The translations under genes and the position numbers were made by a program. Below the pieces are notes generated by a model. The model made no database searches. It saw only the letters and a program-made list of their open reading frames with translations, and was not told the DNA's origin. DNA of 64,000 nt from NCBI GenBank assembly GCA_050613775.1, contig JBODTK010000129.1:248001-312000 (forward strand), read 5' to 3'. Shown here in pieces: positions 17,901-27,773 of this stretch; position 1 is the first letter of the stretch, and each line of letters begins with the position of its first letter. The stretch is from Neocallimastix sp. 'constans'. Its lineage: Eukaryota.

Positions 17901-19474
17901 AGTGCCATTTTCTTCAAGCTGAAGTTGATGTATTAGGTCACAAACTTACTACTAAAGGATTAAGTCCCATGGAAAGCAAAATAACAGCTATTAAGAAGTG
18001 GGAAGCCCCTTCATCAATTCATGAATTAAGATCATTTCTAGGAGCAGTAGGATATTATCGTGACTTTATTCCTAAATATGCTCAAATTACCTCACCTTTA
18101 TGTAAATTATTGAAAAAGAATACTAAATATGAATGGAATAAAGAACAACAAGAAAGCTTTGAACTCCTAAAAGAAAAATTAATCAATGCACCTATTCTAA
18201 AATTTCCGTCATTTGACAAACCTTTTATCATTAGAACTGATGCTTCGTATAATGGAATTGGTGGAGTTCTTTTACAAAAAGAAGAAGAAACCAGTAAGGA
18301 GCATCCAATACACTTTATAAGTAGAAGTTTAAAGAAAGCTGAAAAGAATTATGGTATTACCGATTTGGAAGGAACCGCTTTGTTTTACTGTATGACTAAA
18401 TTTAAATCTTATATTGAAGGAAATCCATTACCTATAACTATTTACACAGATCATAAACCATTAGTTGGTTTATTTAAGAATAAAGAACCTTTGAATGCAA
18501 GGCAAACAAGATGGTGTCTAACCGCTAGTATGCTTGGAATTAATATAAAATATGAATCAGGCAAAAAGAATGTGTTAGCTGATGCTCTTTCAAGAATGAA
18601 AAGTAAGGAAGAGAGAAAGATATTATTAACAAAAATTACTAATGGAAATAATGAAGAATTATTATCTAAAGTTATAAAGGAATTTATTAATGAAAAGTTT
18701 ACTGTTATTGATGGTGAAGATTACTTTATCGACAATGGAAATTATAGAAAATTAATAACGGACGAAAATGAAAGGTTTAAATTAATTTTAGAAGCTCATA
18801 ATATTGGCCACGAAGGATATTACAAAACATATCAAAGACTTAAGAAAAACTTTTATTGGAAGCATATGATTAAAGATATCAAAAGAATTGTTAGTAATTG
18901 TGAAAAATGCCAATTAAATCGTCCTCAACCATATCCAGAACCAACCGAAAACCATCCAACTAAAGTGGAGGGTCCCTTTGTGCATTTAGGATTAGATATT
19001 ATAGGACCGTTACCAAAAACAAGAAATAATAATCAATATATTATAGTAACTGTTGATTACTTTACCAAATGGGTTGAAGCCGAACCCACTGAAAACATAA
19101 CTTCCTCTGATATAATTAAATTTTTAATAAATGTTTTTGCAAGACATGGTGTGCCTCAAGTTATTACCACCGATAATGGAGCCCAATTCACCTCTGACAT
19201 GACAAAAATCTTTCTTGACCTTTATGACGTTTATGTAAAATTCATAGCTACTTATCACCCTGAATCCAATGGTCTCACTGAAAACCGAAATAAAGAAATT
19301 GGAAAATTACTTCGTTTATTAGGAAGGAAAAATCAAGATTGGGATGAAGTTTTACCTTCTGCTTTATGGGCACTTCGAACTACCAAAAACACAGCTACTG
19401 GACATTCTAGTTTTGAATTAGTATATGGAAGAGAAGACCAACAGCCTTATGATATAGCAATAAGAACCAATTGA
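14912..19474 (+). CDS. Gag-Pol of element C (zinc knuckle, protease, RT, RNase H, integrase core); integrase tail continues after frameshifts to ~19822
   Basis: First ATG at 14912 (MSKET). Motifs: CFFCKEEGHYSYYC, LIDSCS, FIDD, RTDAS, HNIGH..CEKC, GLDI/TDNG/GLTEN. The GPF motif lies in ORF 19506-19790 after a 1-bp indel near 19466. Confidence 0.9.
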   Translation: MSKETTLSFKELKKELRDIVKLRKDNLDIKSWATELKLWIKIQGITDPETIFNACLLTSSGEVQRVIEDLRVDSDDESDDSSDEEEEDDEEENVDDDIKFPSLGKIISSLENFYGIKEDQNLLLKELRAMRIKRNEKIKDFNVRYRTLYTKLDKKRRKRIGVLDYIDSIQNNYEAWKKLSLKDDISMEKAFKIAEKVDRLSVRNNNINTYNVNNSQHNQNNQNSTTSRLYPKRRNETFQTSQTNNKPKPQDIIEESTQKMRNLSVKTCFFCKEEGHYSYYCPQLNKIMEKNKKRNIFQKVFKLLNGSRSTPNDKTIASLNNLQNNTFTKNTPIDNNSFNEESEESDFSDTTESDDDIIINAIKRKMNDNNSEKEENNSKKVHKSLKDNPRPFATPALRKKKENELHNKPNKVYKNQILPSILTQPNINKEKQKEKELRNMTRVRESKEENNNYSSKGKEKVESEDILVIDNEIEDLEMNKDNQQNKTNTLEKLISTKTKETNNGNTQLVKRNIKMMNNKEPYNIMDDLNNLKSSITIGQLLSACPKIRSQLTQDLKLEKSKIIGTVDNVIARTLLVNNYDHSYISKSNEVAEEDLAMVDARVDGVLGKLLIDSCSNLSIVTKQYFDKLPGEYETVGKSRGRIQLATQDEEYSEGIIVRLPVKINNYEFNADFRIIEKEDSFYDMLINFKTQIDHCLFIHPTLNSLCKLLSESEYEEIAKINNQYYDEESIICTIRKVKETNNEKEIIKELTPMEFIESDEFLSTLNKDYKEQIIKILKEMIDIVATSTEELTPSKLSPHKIRLKANAKPVKLRSYRLTKLKSDILKEELTKLIKKGLIEPSCSEWSSPVVLILKHNGKWRLCIDYRKVNDMTEKDSYSVPYIDEIFDSLGGAKIFTTLDLFSGFHQILMDEESVEVTTFTTKFGNYQFKVMPFGLTGAPSTFQREMNKILFPFIGEFVYVFIDDVLIYSKSIEEHLIHIKQVLEVFKENKLKINIEKCHFLQAEVDVLGHKLTTKGLSPMESKITAIKKWEAPSSIHELRSFLGAVGYYRDFIPKYAQITSPLCKLLKKNTKYEWNKEQQESFELLKEKLINAPILKFPSFDKPFIIRTDASYNGIGGVLLQKEEETSKEHPIHFISRSLKKAEKNYGITDLEGTALFYCMTKFKSYIEGNPLPITIYTDHKPLVGLFKNKEPLNARQTRWCLTASMLGINIKYESGKKNVLADALSRMKSKEERKILLTKITNGNNEELLSKVIKEFINEKFTVIDGEDYFIDNGNYRKLITDENERFKLILEAHNIGHEGYYKTYQRLKKNFYWKHMIKDIKRIVSNCEKCQLNRPQPYPEPTENHPTKVEGPFVHLGLDIIGPLPKTRNNNQYIIVTVDYFTKWVEAEPTENITSSDIIKFLINVFARHGVPQVITTDNGAQFTSDMTKIFLDLYDVYVKFIATYHPESNGLTENRNKEIGKLLRLLGRKNQDWDEVLPSALWALRTTKNTATGHSSFELVYGREDQQPYDIAIRTN

Positions 19475-19840
19475 AAATGCAGGTAAATCATATGATGAAA
19501 TTTTAATGGAAAAATTTGTTCGTCATTATCAATGGACTAGAGAAGCATGCGAAAATGTGAAGAATGCTAACATGTATTGGGTAACAAGACGAGAAGAACA
19601 AATAAGTATGAAAAAAGGAAAAGAATTAAAGGCTGGTGATCTTGTTCTTGTTAGAAACTTTACCCGCACTAAGCTAGAACCATATTACAATGGACCATTT
19701 AAAATTTTAAAAATTCAATTCAACACGGCAACCCTAATCGATCAGAAGACTGGAAAGCAACTCGATAGGAATGTTCACTTTAAAATTTAGTAAAGTTTAA
19801 CTCCGCTTACAGAGAAGCTTGAGTCTTCGTCGGGGCATCT

Positions 19841-20440
19841 TGATAAGAATGTACTAAATAATGCATTCTTAATTAAATCTACGATTTATTTCTAATACAT
19901 TATGTGTACATTATTATTTTTGTACTTTAATAAATTTTTAAATCCAAAGATCAAAAATTAAATCAAAAATTATATTAAACTTTATATTTTTATATTAAAT
20001 CTTATATTAATAGTAATATTTTTATATATTTAAAACTTATATTAGCAATATTAATAATAAATCTTATTTTTTTTTTATATTAATAATGAAAATTTGTATT
20101 AATAATATTTTTATATATTGATAATTAAAAATTTATATATTATATTTTAACTTTTATTATAAAATTTTATATCGAAATGTTTTATTTTATATTGAAAAAT
20201 ATTTTATTTTATTAAAAACCTTTATATTAGAATAGTATTTTTATTTTTATTTGAATATTTTAACAGATTGTAATAAAAAAAAATATAGCCAATTAAATAA
20301 ATTCTTATTAGTATTATTTTAGATAGATTATAAAAAAAAAAAAAAAATGTTTTATTAATATTATAAATGTATTTTATTTATAATGTTATAATTAAATTTT
20401 ATATAATTGATTATAAAACTCAATTTAAATTTAATAGTTT

Positions 20441-20487
<47 letters not shown>

Positions 20488-20705
20488 ATAAATAAAATGT
20501 AATTTAGTGGCAAGAACAACTTTTATGCCTTGAAAAAAGTATAAATAGTTGTAAATTTTGCTACTAATTTTTAAATATCATCAAATAAAATAAAATCAAA
20601 TAAAATAAAATAAAATAAAATAAATTTATAAATAAAAATAATAAATAAATAAATAAAATTTGTGTTTCTTACTTTATTTTTATTTAATTCTCTAAAACCT
20701 TAACA
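19841..20705 (+). repeat. 3' LTR of element C
   Basis: Repeat of 12626-13439 with expanded poly(A) and AAAAT tracts. Confidence 0.93.
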
Positions 20706-20710
20706 ATTCG

Positions 20711-23263
20711 TTACAGTGATTCAGGAATATAAATTAAATTGTTATATAATATAATATTATCTTTAATTTTAAATCTTTCCATTTTCCTAAATGGTTTATA
20801 AGCATAATTATTTTTAACATTGTTTTCACTAAAGTATAATTTAATATCTTCAGCAGTAGCATCTTCTTTAATAGCATCAATAATTTTTTCTAGTAAATTA
20901 CTCATAATTCCTATAAAACAGGGAACTTCTTTTACATTTTTAATATCTAATATATTTTCTGGTTTAATATCTTCGTTATTCTTCATATAGTCAGGTCTTC
21001 TTGAAAGACTATCTGGTTTCCCATTTTTTGTTCCTTGTCTATATATAAGTTGGAAATCATATTCCTGAAAGAATAAGTGCCATCTATGCTGTCTTTGATT
21101 ACCAACTTTTCCTCCTAAAGTATAGATTAAATTTCTATGGTCAGTATAGACAGTAATTTTATGTTTTGCACCAAGTAAAAGATGTCGCCAAGTTAAGAAA
21201 GAATCTCTAATAGCTAATAACTCTTTTTCTGTAATGGTATAATTTATTTCGGAGCCTTGTAAACTTCTTGAAAAGTAAGCAACAGGATGTAATTTATTAT
21301 TATCATCTTTCTGAGATAAAACAGCACCTATAGCATAGTTACTTGCATCACATTCTACTATGAATGGTTTAGTTACATCTGGGTGATGCAGTACTGGAGA
21401 AGTAGTTAATTTACTTTTTAATAATTTAAATGAATTTCCACAATTTGTATCCCAAATAAATTTTGTATTTTTTCTTGTTAAATTATGGAGAGGCTTAGCT
21501 ATTTTTGCAAAATTTTTTACAAATCTCCTATAGTAATTACATAAGCCTAAAAATCGTTGTACTTCTTTAATATTTTTCGGAGTTGGCCACTCTTCTATAG
21601 ATTTAATTTTCTTTGGGTCAGTAGATACACCATCTCCAGATAAAATGTAACCTAGGAATTCAACTTTTTCTTTATCGAATTCACATTTTTCTAATTTTGC
21701 GTATAAATTATTATTAATTAAAGTTTGTAATACACTTCTTACTTGTTTGTGATGTTCTTCCAAATCCTCAGAATAAATTAAAATATCATCCAAATATAAA
21801 ATAACACTTTTTTCCAAATAAGGTCTGAGTACAGAATTAATAAATGATTGAAAAGTGGCTGGGGCATTTTTCAACCCAAAAGGCATTACGAGATATTCGT
21901 AATGACCATATTTAGTTCGAAAAGCTGTTTTATATTCATCCCCCTCTTTTATACGAATTAGGTTATAGGCAGACCTTAGATCTAATTTTGTGAAATATTT
22001 TGCACCTTTAACCTTTTCAATAATATCATTAATAAGTGGAAGAGGATATGAATTTCTAATGGTAACAGCGTTTAACTTTTTGTAATCCACACACAATCTT
22101 AAAGAACCATCTTTCTTTTTTTGAAATAAAACAGGATAACCAGCTGGAGATTCAGAAGGTCTAATAAATCCCTTCTTTAAATTTTCTTCTATATATTCTT
22201 TTAAAACTTTATTTTCTTCTTCAGATAATGGGTAGATAGGTCCGTAATGAAGAGAAGCATCCCTTTCTAAAACTATTTTACAGTCAGTTAAACGATGTGG
22301 CGGTAGTTTATCTGCTTCTTTCTTACTAAATACAACAGCCAAATCTCGATATTGAAGCGGAATATTTTCGATTTTTATATCTTCAATATCTTCTTCATAA
22401 TTTTCTTTATTTGTTAAAAATGAATAAATTAAATAATTATAGTTAAATTTATTATTAATTTTATATTTTTTATTTTGGTGATTGTTTTTTAATTTAAAAA
22501 ATATTTTATTGGTTAAAAAATTAAATTTTTTATGAAGAAATTTTTTATATTTATTAAGTTTAAAATTTAATTTATTTTGATTAAAATTTTTGAAATTTTT
22601 TGGATTTTTTGTATAATTAAATTTTTTTATGAATTTATGTTTTAAAAAATAATTTTTTAAAAATCTTTTTATCACTGAATTAAACCGAGAATAATATTGT
22701 GGATTTTTATTAGTATTTTTATTAATTTTATTATAAAAGTGAGAATTTAAATAAGAATATAGGAAGTTTTTATAATAGTCATAATGAATATTAAACTTCC
22801 TCATAAATTGGTTTCCAAAAAGTAGTTTTGTTGGGATACAATTCGAAATTAAAAATTTTTCTCTGAAATTTTTAAAATAAACTCTTTTATTTTCATTAAT
22901 TTTGATTTGAAATTTTAGCCAGACATAATTCTTTATCTGGGTTGTATCACCAGAAATTCCTTTGACTAAAATTTTTGATTTTAAATTATATTTTTTCAAT
23001 TTTAATGTTTTTACTAATTCTTCTGTAATAAAATTACAGAAGGGGCCTGAATCTAACATCGATTCAGTTTTTAATTTATTATTATCATTTTTAATATTTT
23101 TTATATTATTTGAAAATGTTGTTGGAATATATGTATCAAATAAAAGGAAAGTTGAAGGTAATTTTTTATTTACTACATTATTAAATGTAGGAAAATTATA
23201 ATGAAGAATTCTTGTGTTTTTTATTATATTGGACTTCTGTTGAAGTCCATTGTTTAGTTTTTG
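20711..23263 (-). CDS. Pol of element D (protease, RT, RNase H; truncated)
   Basis: MLDSG protease, KLDLRSAYN, YLDD, ECDAS, YTDHRNL; the likely entry point is the frameshift site near 23257-23263. Confidence 0.88.
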   Translation of the reverse strand, partial: QKLNNGLQQKSNIIKNTRILHYNFPTFNNVVNKKLPSTFLLFDTYIPTTFSNNIKNIKNDNNKLKTESMLDSGPFCNFITEELVKTLKLKKYNLKSKILVKGISGDTTQIKNYVWLKFQIKINENKRVYFKNFREKFLISNCIPTKLLFGNQFMRKFNIHYDYYKNFLYSYLNSHFYNKINKNTNKNPQYYSRFNSVIKRFLKNYFLKHKFIKKFNYTKNPKNFKNFNQNKLNFKLNKYKKFLHKKFNFLTNKIFFKLKNNHQNKKYKINNKFNYNYLIYSFLTNKENYEEDIEDIKIENIPLQYRDLAVVFSKKEADKLPPHRLTDCKIVLERDASLHYGPIYPLSEEENKVLKEYIEENLKKGFIRPSESPAGYPVLFQKKKDGSLRLCVDYKKLNAVTIRNSYPLPLINDIIEKVKGAKYFTKLDLRSAYNLIRIKEGDEYKTAFRTKYGHYEYLVMPFGLKNAPATFQSFINSVLRPYLEKSVILYLDDILIYSEDLEEHHKQVRSVLQTLINNNLYAKLEKCEFDKEKVEFLGYILSGDGVSTDPKKIKSIEEWPTPKNIKEVQRFLGLCNYYRRFVKNFAKIAKPLHNLTRKNTKFIWDTNCGNSFKLLKSKLTTSPVLHHPDVTKPFIVECDASNYAIGAVLSQKDDNNKLHPVAYFSRSLQGSEINYTITEKELLAIRDSFLTWRHLLLGAKHKITVYTDHRNLIYTLGGKVGNQRQHRWHLFFQEYDFQLIYRQGTKNGKPDSLSRRPDYMKNNEDIKPENILDIKNVKEVPCFIGIMSNLLEKIIDAIKEDATAEDIKLYFSENNVKNNYAYKPFRKMERFKIKDNIILYNNLIYIPESL

Positions 23264-24323
23264 TTTTATTATTATTGCTACTAGTTTTATTACTATTATA
23301 ATTGTTATTATTGTAATTATTATAATTACTTTTGTTATTATAATTGTTATTAGAATTATAATTTTTATCATGATTAATATGGGTACTAACGTGTTTTGAA
23401 TGTTTATTATTACTGCTTCTAAAAAGTTTTGAATTACCATTATTTGTTTTTATTTGACTTTTTGTTTTTAATGTATTTTCAAGTAAAATACATTTAGTAT
23501 AAATAGTACCAAGATCAACAGGGAATTCTTCCATTTCTTCAATTACTTCTTGGAATTTTGAATGTAACCCATTATAGAAAATTAAAGCTAAGGCTTCTTC
23601 ACTGAATCCAAGACCATTCGAAAGAGTTCTAAATTGTTCAATATAATCATTTATTTTCCCATAATTATGTTTCAATTTTATTAATTGAATCTTAGCTAAT
23701 TTTTTGCTTGCAACGTTGGAAAATGCTTTTCTTAATTCAGTAGTCAATTCAGAAAGAGTTTTTAGGTTAGTATCCTTGTACGTAGCTAGATACCAATTAC
23801 GAGCGCCATCTCTTAAACGGGATTTAATAAAGTTAATTTTGATATCTTCTGTAGCTTCTGAATTTGGATATGTTTTAAAAGTATCTTCACAAAGTTGACA
23901 GAATAGATCAGTTTCTTTAGTATCTCCAGAGAAAAATCCAGGTTCAAGAACTTGTAAACGGTTTGAAAAAGCATTCCTCATAATAACATCATTGTCATCA
24001 TCACGTCTAGTAGTGGTAGATACATTATCCTCTTGTATTTGACTAGTAGAAGGAATATCATTTGTAGCAATATTTATATTTAACTTTTCATCTAAAATTT
24101 TTGTTAAATTAGATAATTGATTAATAATATTTTTATTATCTTTGTAAAGTGTATAAAGTTTTTTTTGTAAGTCCTTGTTATATTCATTAAAATCTTCTTT
24201 TAATAAAAAACTATCATTAACAGAAGAAGCCAATTCGGATACAGTAACTTGGGCGTCAGACCTTAATTTATTAACTTCTGACATTGGAGCAATGTCAGCC
24301 CATACATTATTGTAAAAAGACAT
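23196..24323 (-). CDS. Gag of element D
   Basis: Retrotransposon gag motifs (EPGFFSG, KSRLRDGARNWY, FYNGLHSK) and an Asn-rich tail; lies just downstream of the LTR/PBS. Confidence 0.85.
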   Translation of the reverse strand: MSFYNNVWADIAPMSEVNKLRSDAQVTVSELASSVNDSFLLKEDFNEYNKDLQKKLYTLYKDNKNIINQLSNLTKILDEKLNINIATNDIPSTSQIQEDNVSTTTRRDDDNDVIMRNAFSNRLQVLEPGFFSGDTKETDLFCQLCEDTFKTYPNSEATEDIKINFIKSRLRDGARNWYLATYKDTNLKTLSELTTELRKAFSNVASKKLAKIQLIKLKHNYGKINDYIEQFRTLSNGLGFSEEALALIFYNGLHSKFQEVIEEMEEFPVDLGTIYTKCILLENTLKTKSQIKTNNGNSKLFRSSNNKHSKHVSTHINHDKNYNSNNNYNNKSNYNNYNNNNYNSNKTSSNNNKTKTKQWTSTEVQYNKKHKNSSL

Positions 24324-24357
24324 ATTAAAGTAGTAACCAAAACTAGGGTAAGGTTAT

Positions 24358-25052
24358 TGTTAAAATTAAGATATAAAATAGTTTTATGATTAATAACGTT
24401 ACTAGGTTAATATGTTGAATTATATATTAATAATCCAACAATAATTAATTAATAATAATATAAAAATAATATAAGATAAATAGTTAAGTTATTTAAACAC
24501 TTAATATCTAAGAATATTTTAAATAATAATTTCTTTGAAGGATTTATGAAAATATTTATTTATTGAATTATTAGTATATAATTATTGTAAATACAATAAC
24601 CTTACAAAGAACATAAAAGATAGGTTTTTACATCTTTCTTTTATACTTTGTAAGTTACATAATAATAGTATTTAATTATAAGATATTAATAATATAGTAA
24701 TATGAATATTAATAAAATATTAAGATAATAACAATATCGATATGTTTAAAATATTTAATATAACTAAATAAATTTAATTTATAATTATATATTTAATTTG
24801 AATAATTAAAAATAGTAGTTAATATATATGATGTAAACATATATATAAACATAATATAAATAAATACATGTGACGTCATATGTAAATAATTGAAATTATT
24901 AATATAAATCTTATTTATTAATATTTTCAGAATTATTAGGCCTAAGATAATTCTTTAAATATTAAATAAGAATTTATATTAATTATTAATTAAATGTATA
25001 TTGAAATGTGAATAACTGAAATTGAGATTTCAATTCAGTTATAATTTCAACA
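24358..25052 (-). repeat. 5' LTR of element D (~695 bp)
   Basis: Minus strand TGTTGAAATT...AATTTTAACA near-perfect terminal inverted repeat, followed by the PBS-like ATAACCTTAC. Confidence 0.75.
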
Positions 25053-26629
25053 TACCTTAGAATCCATTATATTATTCTTTACTTAATATTACTTTACTAT
25101 ATTTTCTATACTAAAATATTTTCTAAATATATTTTTTTTTATTTTTATTAAAAGTTTCTAAAATATTATCAATAATTCTATATTTTTATTATTAATATCA
25201 ATATCTATAATTTAACCTTAAATTTAATTATTTTATTAAAGTGTTTATTATCAATATTAATATTTTATTTTTTTTTTCAAATATATTATTATATTATTAT
25301 TATATTGTATCAATATTAAACTTGTATTCATTTTAGTATTTTATTTTACTTTTAAATTGATTATTTAATATTTTTATTCCCCACAAATAAAATCAAATCT
25401 TAATTGATTAATAATAAATATTAAATACATTATAGTTTTTAAATTTATTTTATATAAAATATAAGAATATTATATTAACATTCTTGATTAAAATAACTTT
25501 ATTTTTCTGTAAAATCTTTTTAAATTTGGTTTGTTACTTTTCGTATATATTAAATAATTTAGTTTTAGTATATGAAAAATAATATAAAATTATATAAACA
25601 AAATTTATTAAAATAAAAATACTTATGAATTAGTTAATTTAAATTAATATAAAATTTTAAGTAATTAGTAATAGTAAATATTTTTTTTAAATATGATAAT
25701 AAAATGTAGAAAGGCTTTACATATTTATTTTTTTTCAAAAAGTATAAATAAGTGAAGTTTTTCAATAATTAAAATGTAGACAGAAAAATATTAAAAATAA
25801 ATAATTAAATAAAATTCTAATAAAACCCGAACCATAACAGTTATAATACAGAATGAACAAATAATACTAATTGTGCTAGAATAATATAAATTATTCTAAC
25901 CTTATAGATTATTCTATTCTATATAATTGGAACTTTCCAATATTCTTCAAATATTACTAAATAGAAATCTTAAGTTAATAAATCACTAATTAACTTATAA
26001 TTCCTTTTTGAATTATCGATCCGATTCCATTATAATGTATTAAAAATCTTTAGCCAAGAATATTGTCCTTGCCCACTTAATATATTAATATTATATTTCT
26101 TTTGTATTATGTTATATTGAAAATAATCAAATCTATTTAATTAGTTATTAAAATTTTCGTTATCAATTTAAATTTATTTTTAATTACTAAATTTAACTAA
26201 ACCACAATAAAATATTCTGTATAATCTCTTTATTTTTATTTTATATATATTAGTATTAAACTATTATTAAATAATTAATAATTCAATAATATATAACTAC
26301 TATTTATAACAATAATATTATTAACTAAAATAATAATTCAATTTCAATTTAAATGTTTTATTTATAAAAATAATTAGTAATTAGTTTATTAAAAAAAATA
26401 GTTAGGCTTTACAAATTTTAATTTGATAAAAAAATATAAATACATGTAATTTTTAGTGAAATAAAATATAATCAATAACTTACTTTTATTAAATAAATAA
26501 TTATATTATTATTTTTCTTTTATAAATTTAAATAAATAAACATTGATTTTAAAACAAAATTATTTTTATTGTAATTTTATTATTTGTATTAATTATTATT
26601 ATATTCCTAAAACTATATGAACCATACCA
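25053..26629 (+). mobile_element. Two probable LTR remnants of a C-like family (ending near 25839 and 26629)
   Basis: Each has an AAAA(G/A)TATAAATA TATA-like box and ends GAACCATA(A/C)CA, resembling the AACCTTAACA end of LTR C. Confidence 0.4.
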
Positions 26630-27210
26630 GTTAAAATACGGTACCACCATAAAAATAAGATTTAAGTAGAAAATTTAGGTTAAATGTCATGAATATTAGT
26701 GGATTTAGAATTAAAATTCACTAATAGATCAATTGAAATTTAATTTCGTTATTGACCAAAATTATTTTAATTCTATTTTAATTATATAAATAAATATTAG
26801 AAACATCAAATAATTAGAAACCAAAGGGTTTGGACTCATTTATTAAATATAGTGTGCCGTGTTTTATATGTGGCTTGTTTTTTAATAATTAAATAAATAA
26901 TAATTAAATAAATAATAATTAAATAAATAATAAATATTCTTTTTTTTATATATATAATTTATTAATATTCAATTATAAAAATAATTTTTTATAATTCTTT
27001 TTTAATAGAATATATTATTATTTCTTTTGAAATAGCTATTTAATAATATTTAATTGAAAAAATATATTATTATTTCTTTTAAAATAATAATTATTTATAT
27101 ATTTATTTATGATTATATATAGAATATCTTAAAAATGTATGGCTTTATTTAAAAATTTTATACGCCACATTGCGAAATTCACAATTGTGAAATTCAAGAA
27201 TCCAGATAAT

Positions 27211-27576
27211 GGGTGTGGGGTATTTCGCCAAATTGCATTTCGCCAGATTGCATTTCGCCAATTTTTTTGAAAGCATGTGGCGTATTAAAAAAATGTGGCA
27301 TTTCGACAAATTGAAAATTATTAAATAAATAAATAAATCAATAAATAAAATTAATTATTATTAATATCGCATAAAAACAATTTTAAAAAAAATATATTTT
27401 GAATTAATATTTATTTATTTATTCATTTATTTATATCAATACTCTACTTGTCGAAATGCAACCTGGCGAAAAGCAACTTGGGGAAATGTAACTTGGGGAA
27501 ATGCAACATTTTAATACTACGCCAATTGGCGAAATGCAACCTGGCGAAATGCAATTTGGGGAAATGCAACTCTCCC
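27211..27576. mobile_element. Mutator-like MITE (366 bp)
   Basis: 9-bp TSD CCAGATAAT (27202-27210, 27577-27585); ~50-bp imperfect TIRs starting GGG and built of 17-bp GGCGAAATGCAA-type subrepeats; no ORF. Confidence 0.85.
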
Positions 27577-27773
27577 CCAGATAATTTAATTTAATTTAAC
27601 CCTTAAGAAATGATCAAAATTATTCAGAAGAAAAATAACGATAACTCGACAAAGAATGGAAATATTATATTGATACTCCCGCTAAAATTATATTCATTAG
27701 AAAACTACGTCTGAGAATTACAACATATATTAATTAAAGCATTTACCTCTAATGAATATATTAATTAAAGCAT

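Larger units (their letters stand above)
12626..20705 (+). mobile_element. Ty3/gypsy LTR retrotransposon C (no chromodomain, tRNA-primed)
   Basis: LTRs 12626-13439 and 19841-20705, PBS, PPT-like TCGGGGCATCT, Gag-PR-RT-RH-IN order; flanks ATTCT/ATTCG form only an imperfect TSD. Confidence 0.93.
20706..25052 (-). mobile_element. Truncated Ty3/gypsy element D (5' LTR, gag, pol up to just before integrase)
   Basis: LTR 24358-25052, gag and pol ORFs; sequence stops at the 3' LTR of C with no integrase or 3' LTR. Confidence 0.9.

Noticed and set aside
26821..27606. Larger DNA transposon bounded by AGGGTT...AACCCT around the MITE
   Set aside because: Only a 6-7-bp match and no convincing TSD.
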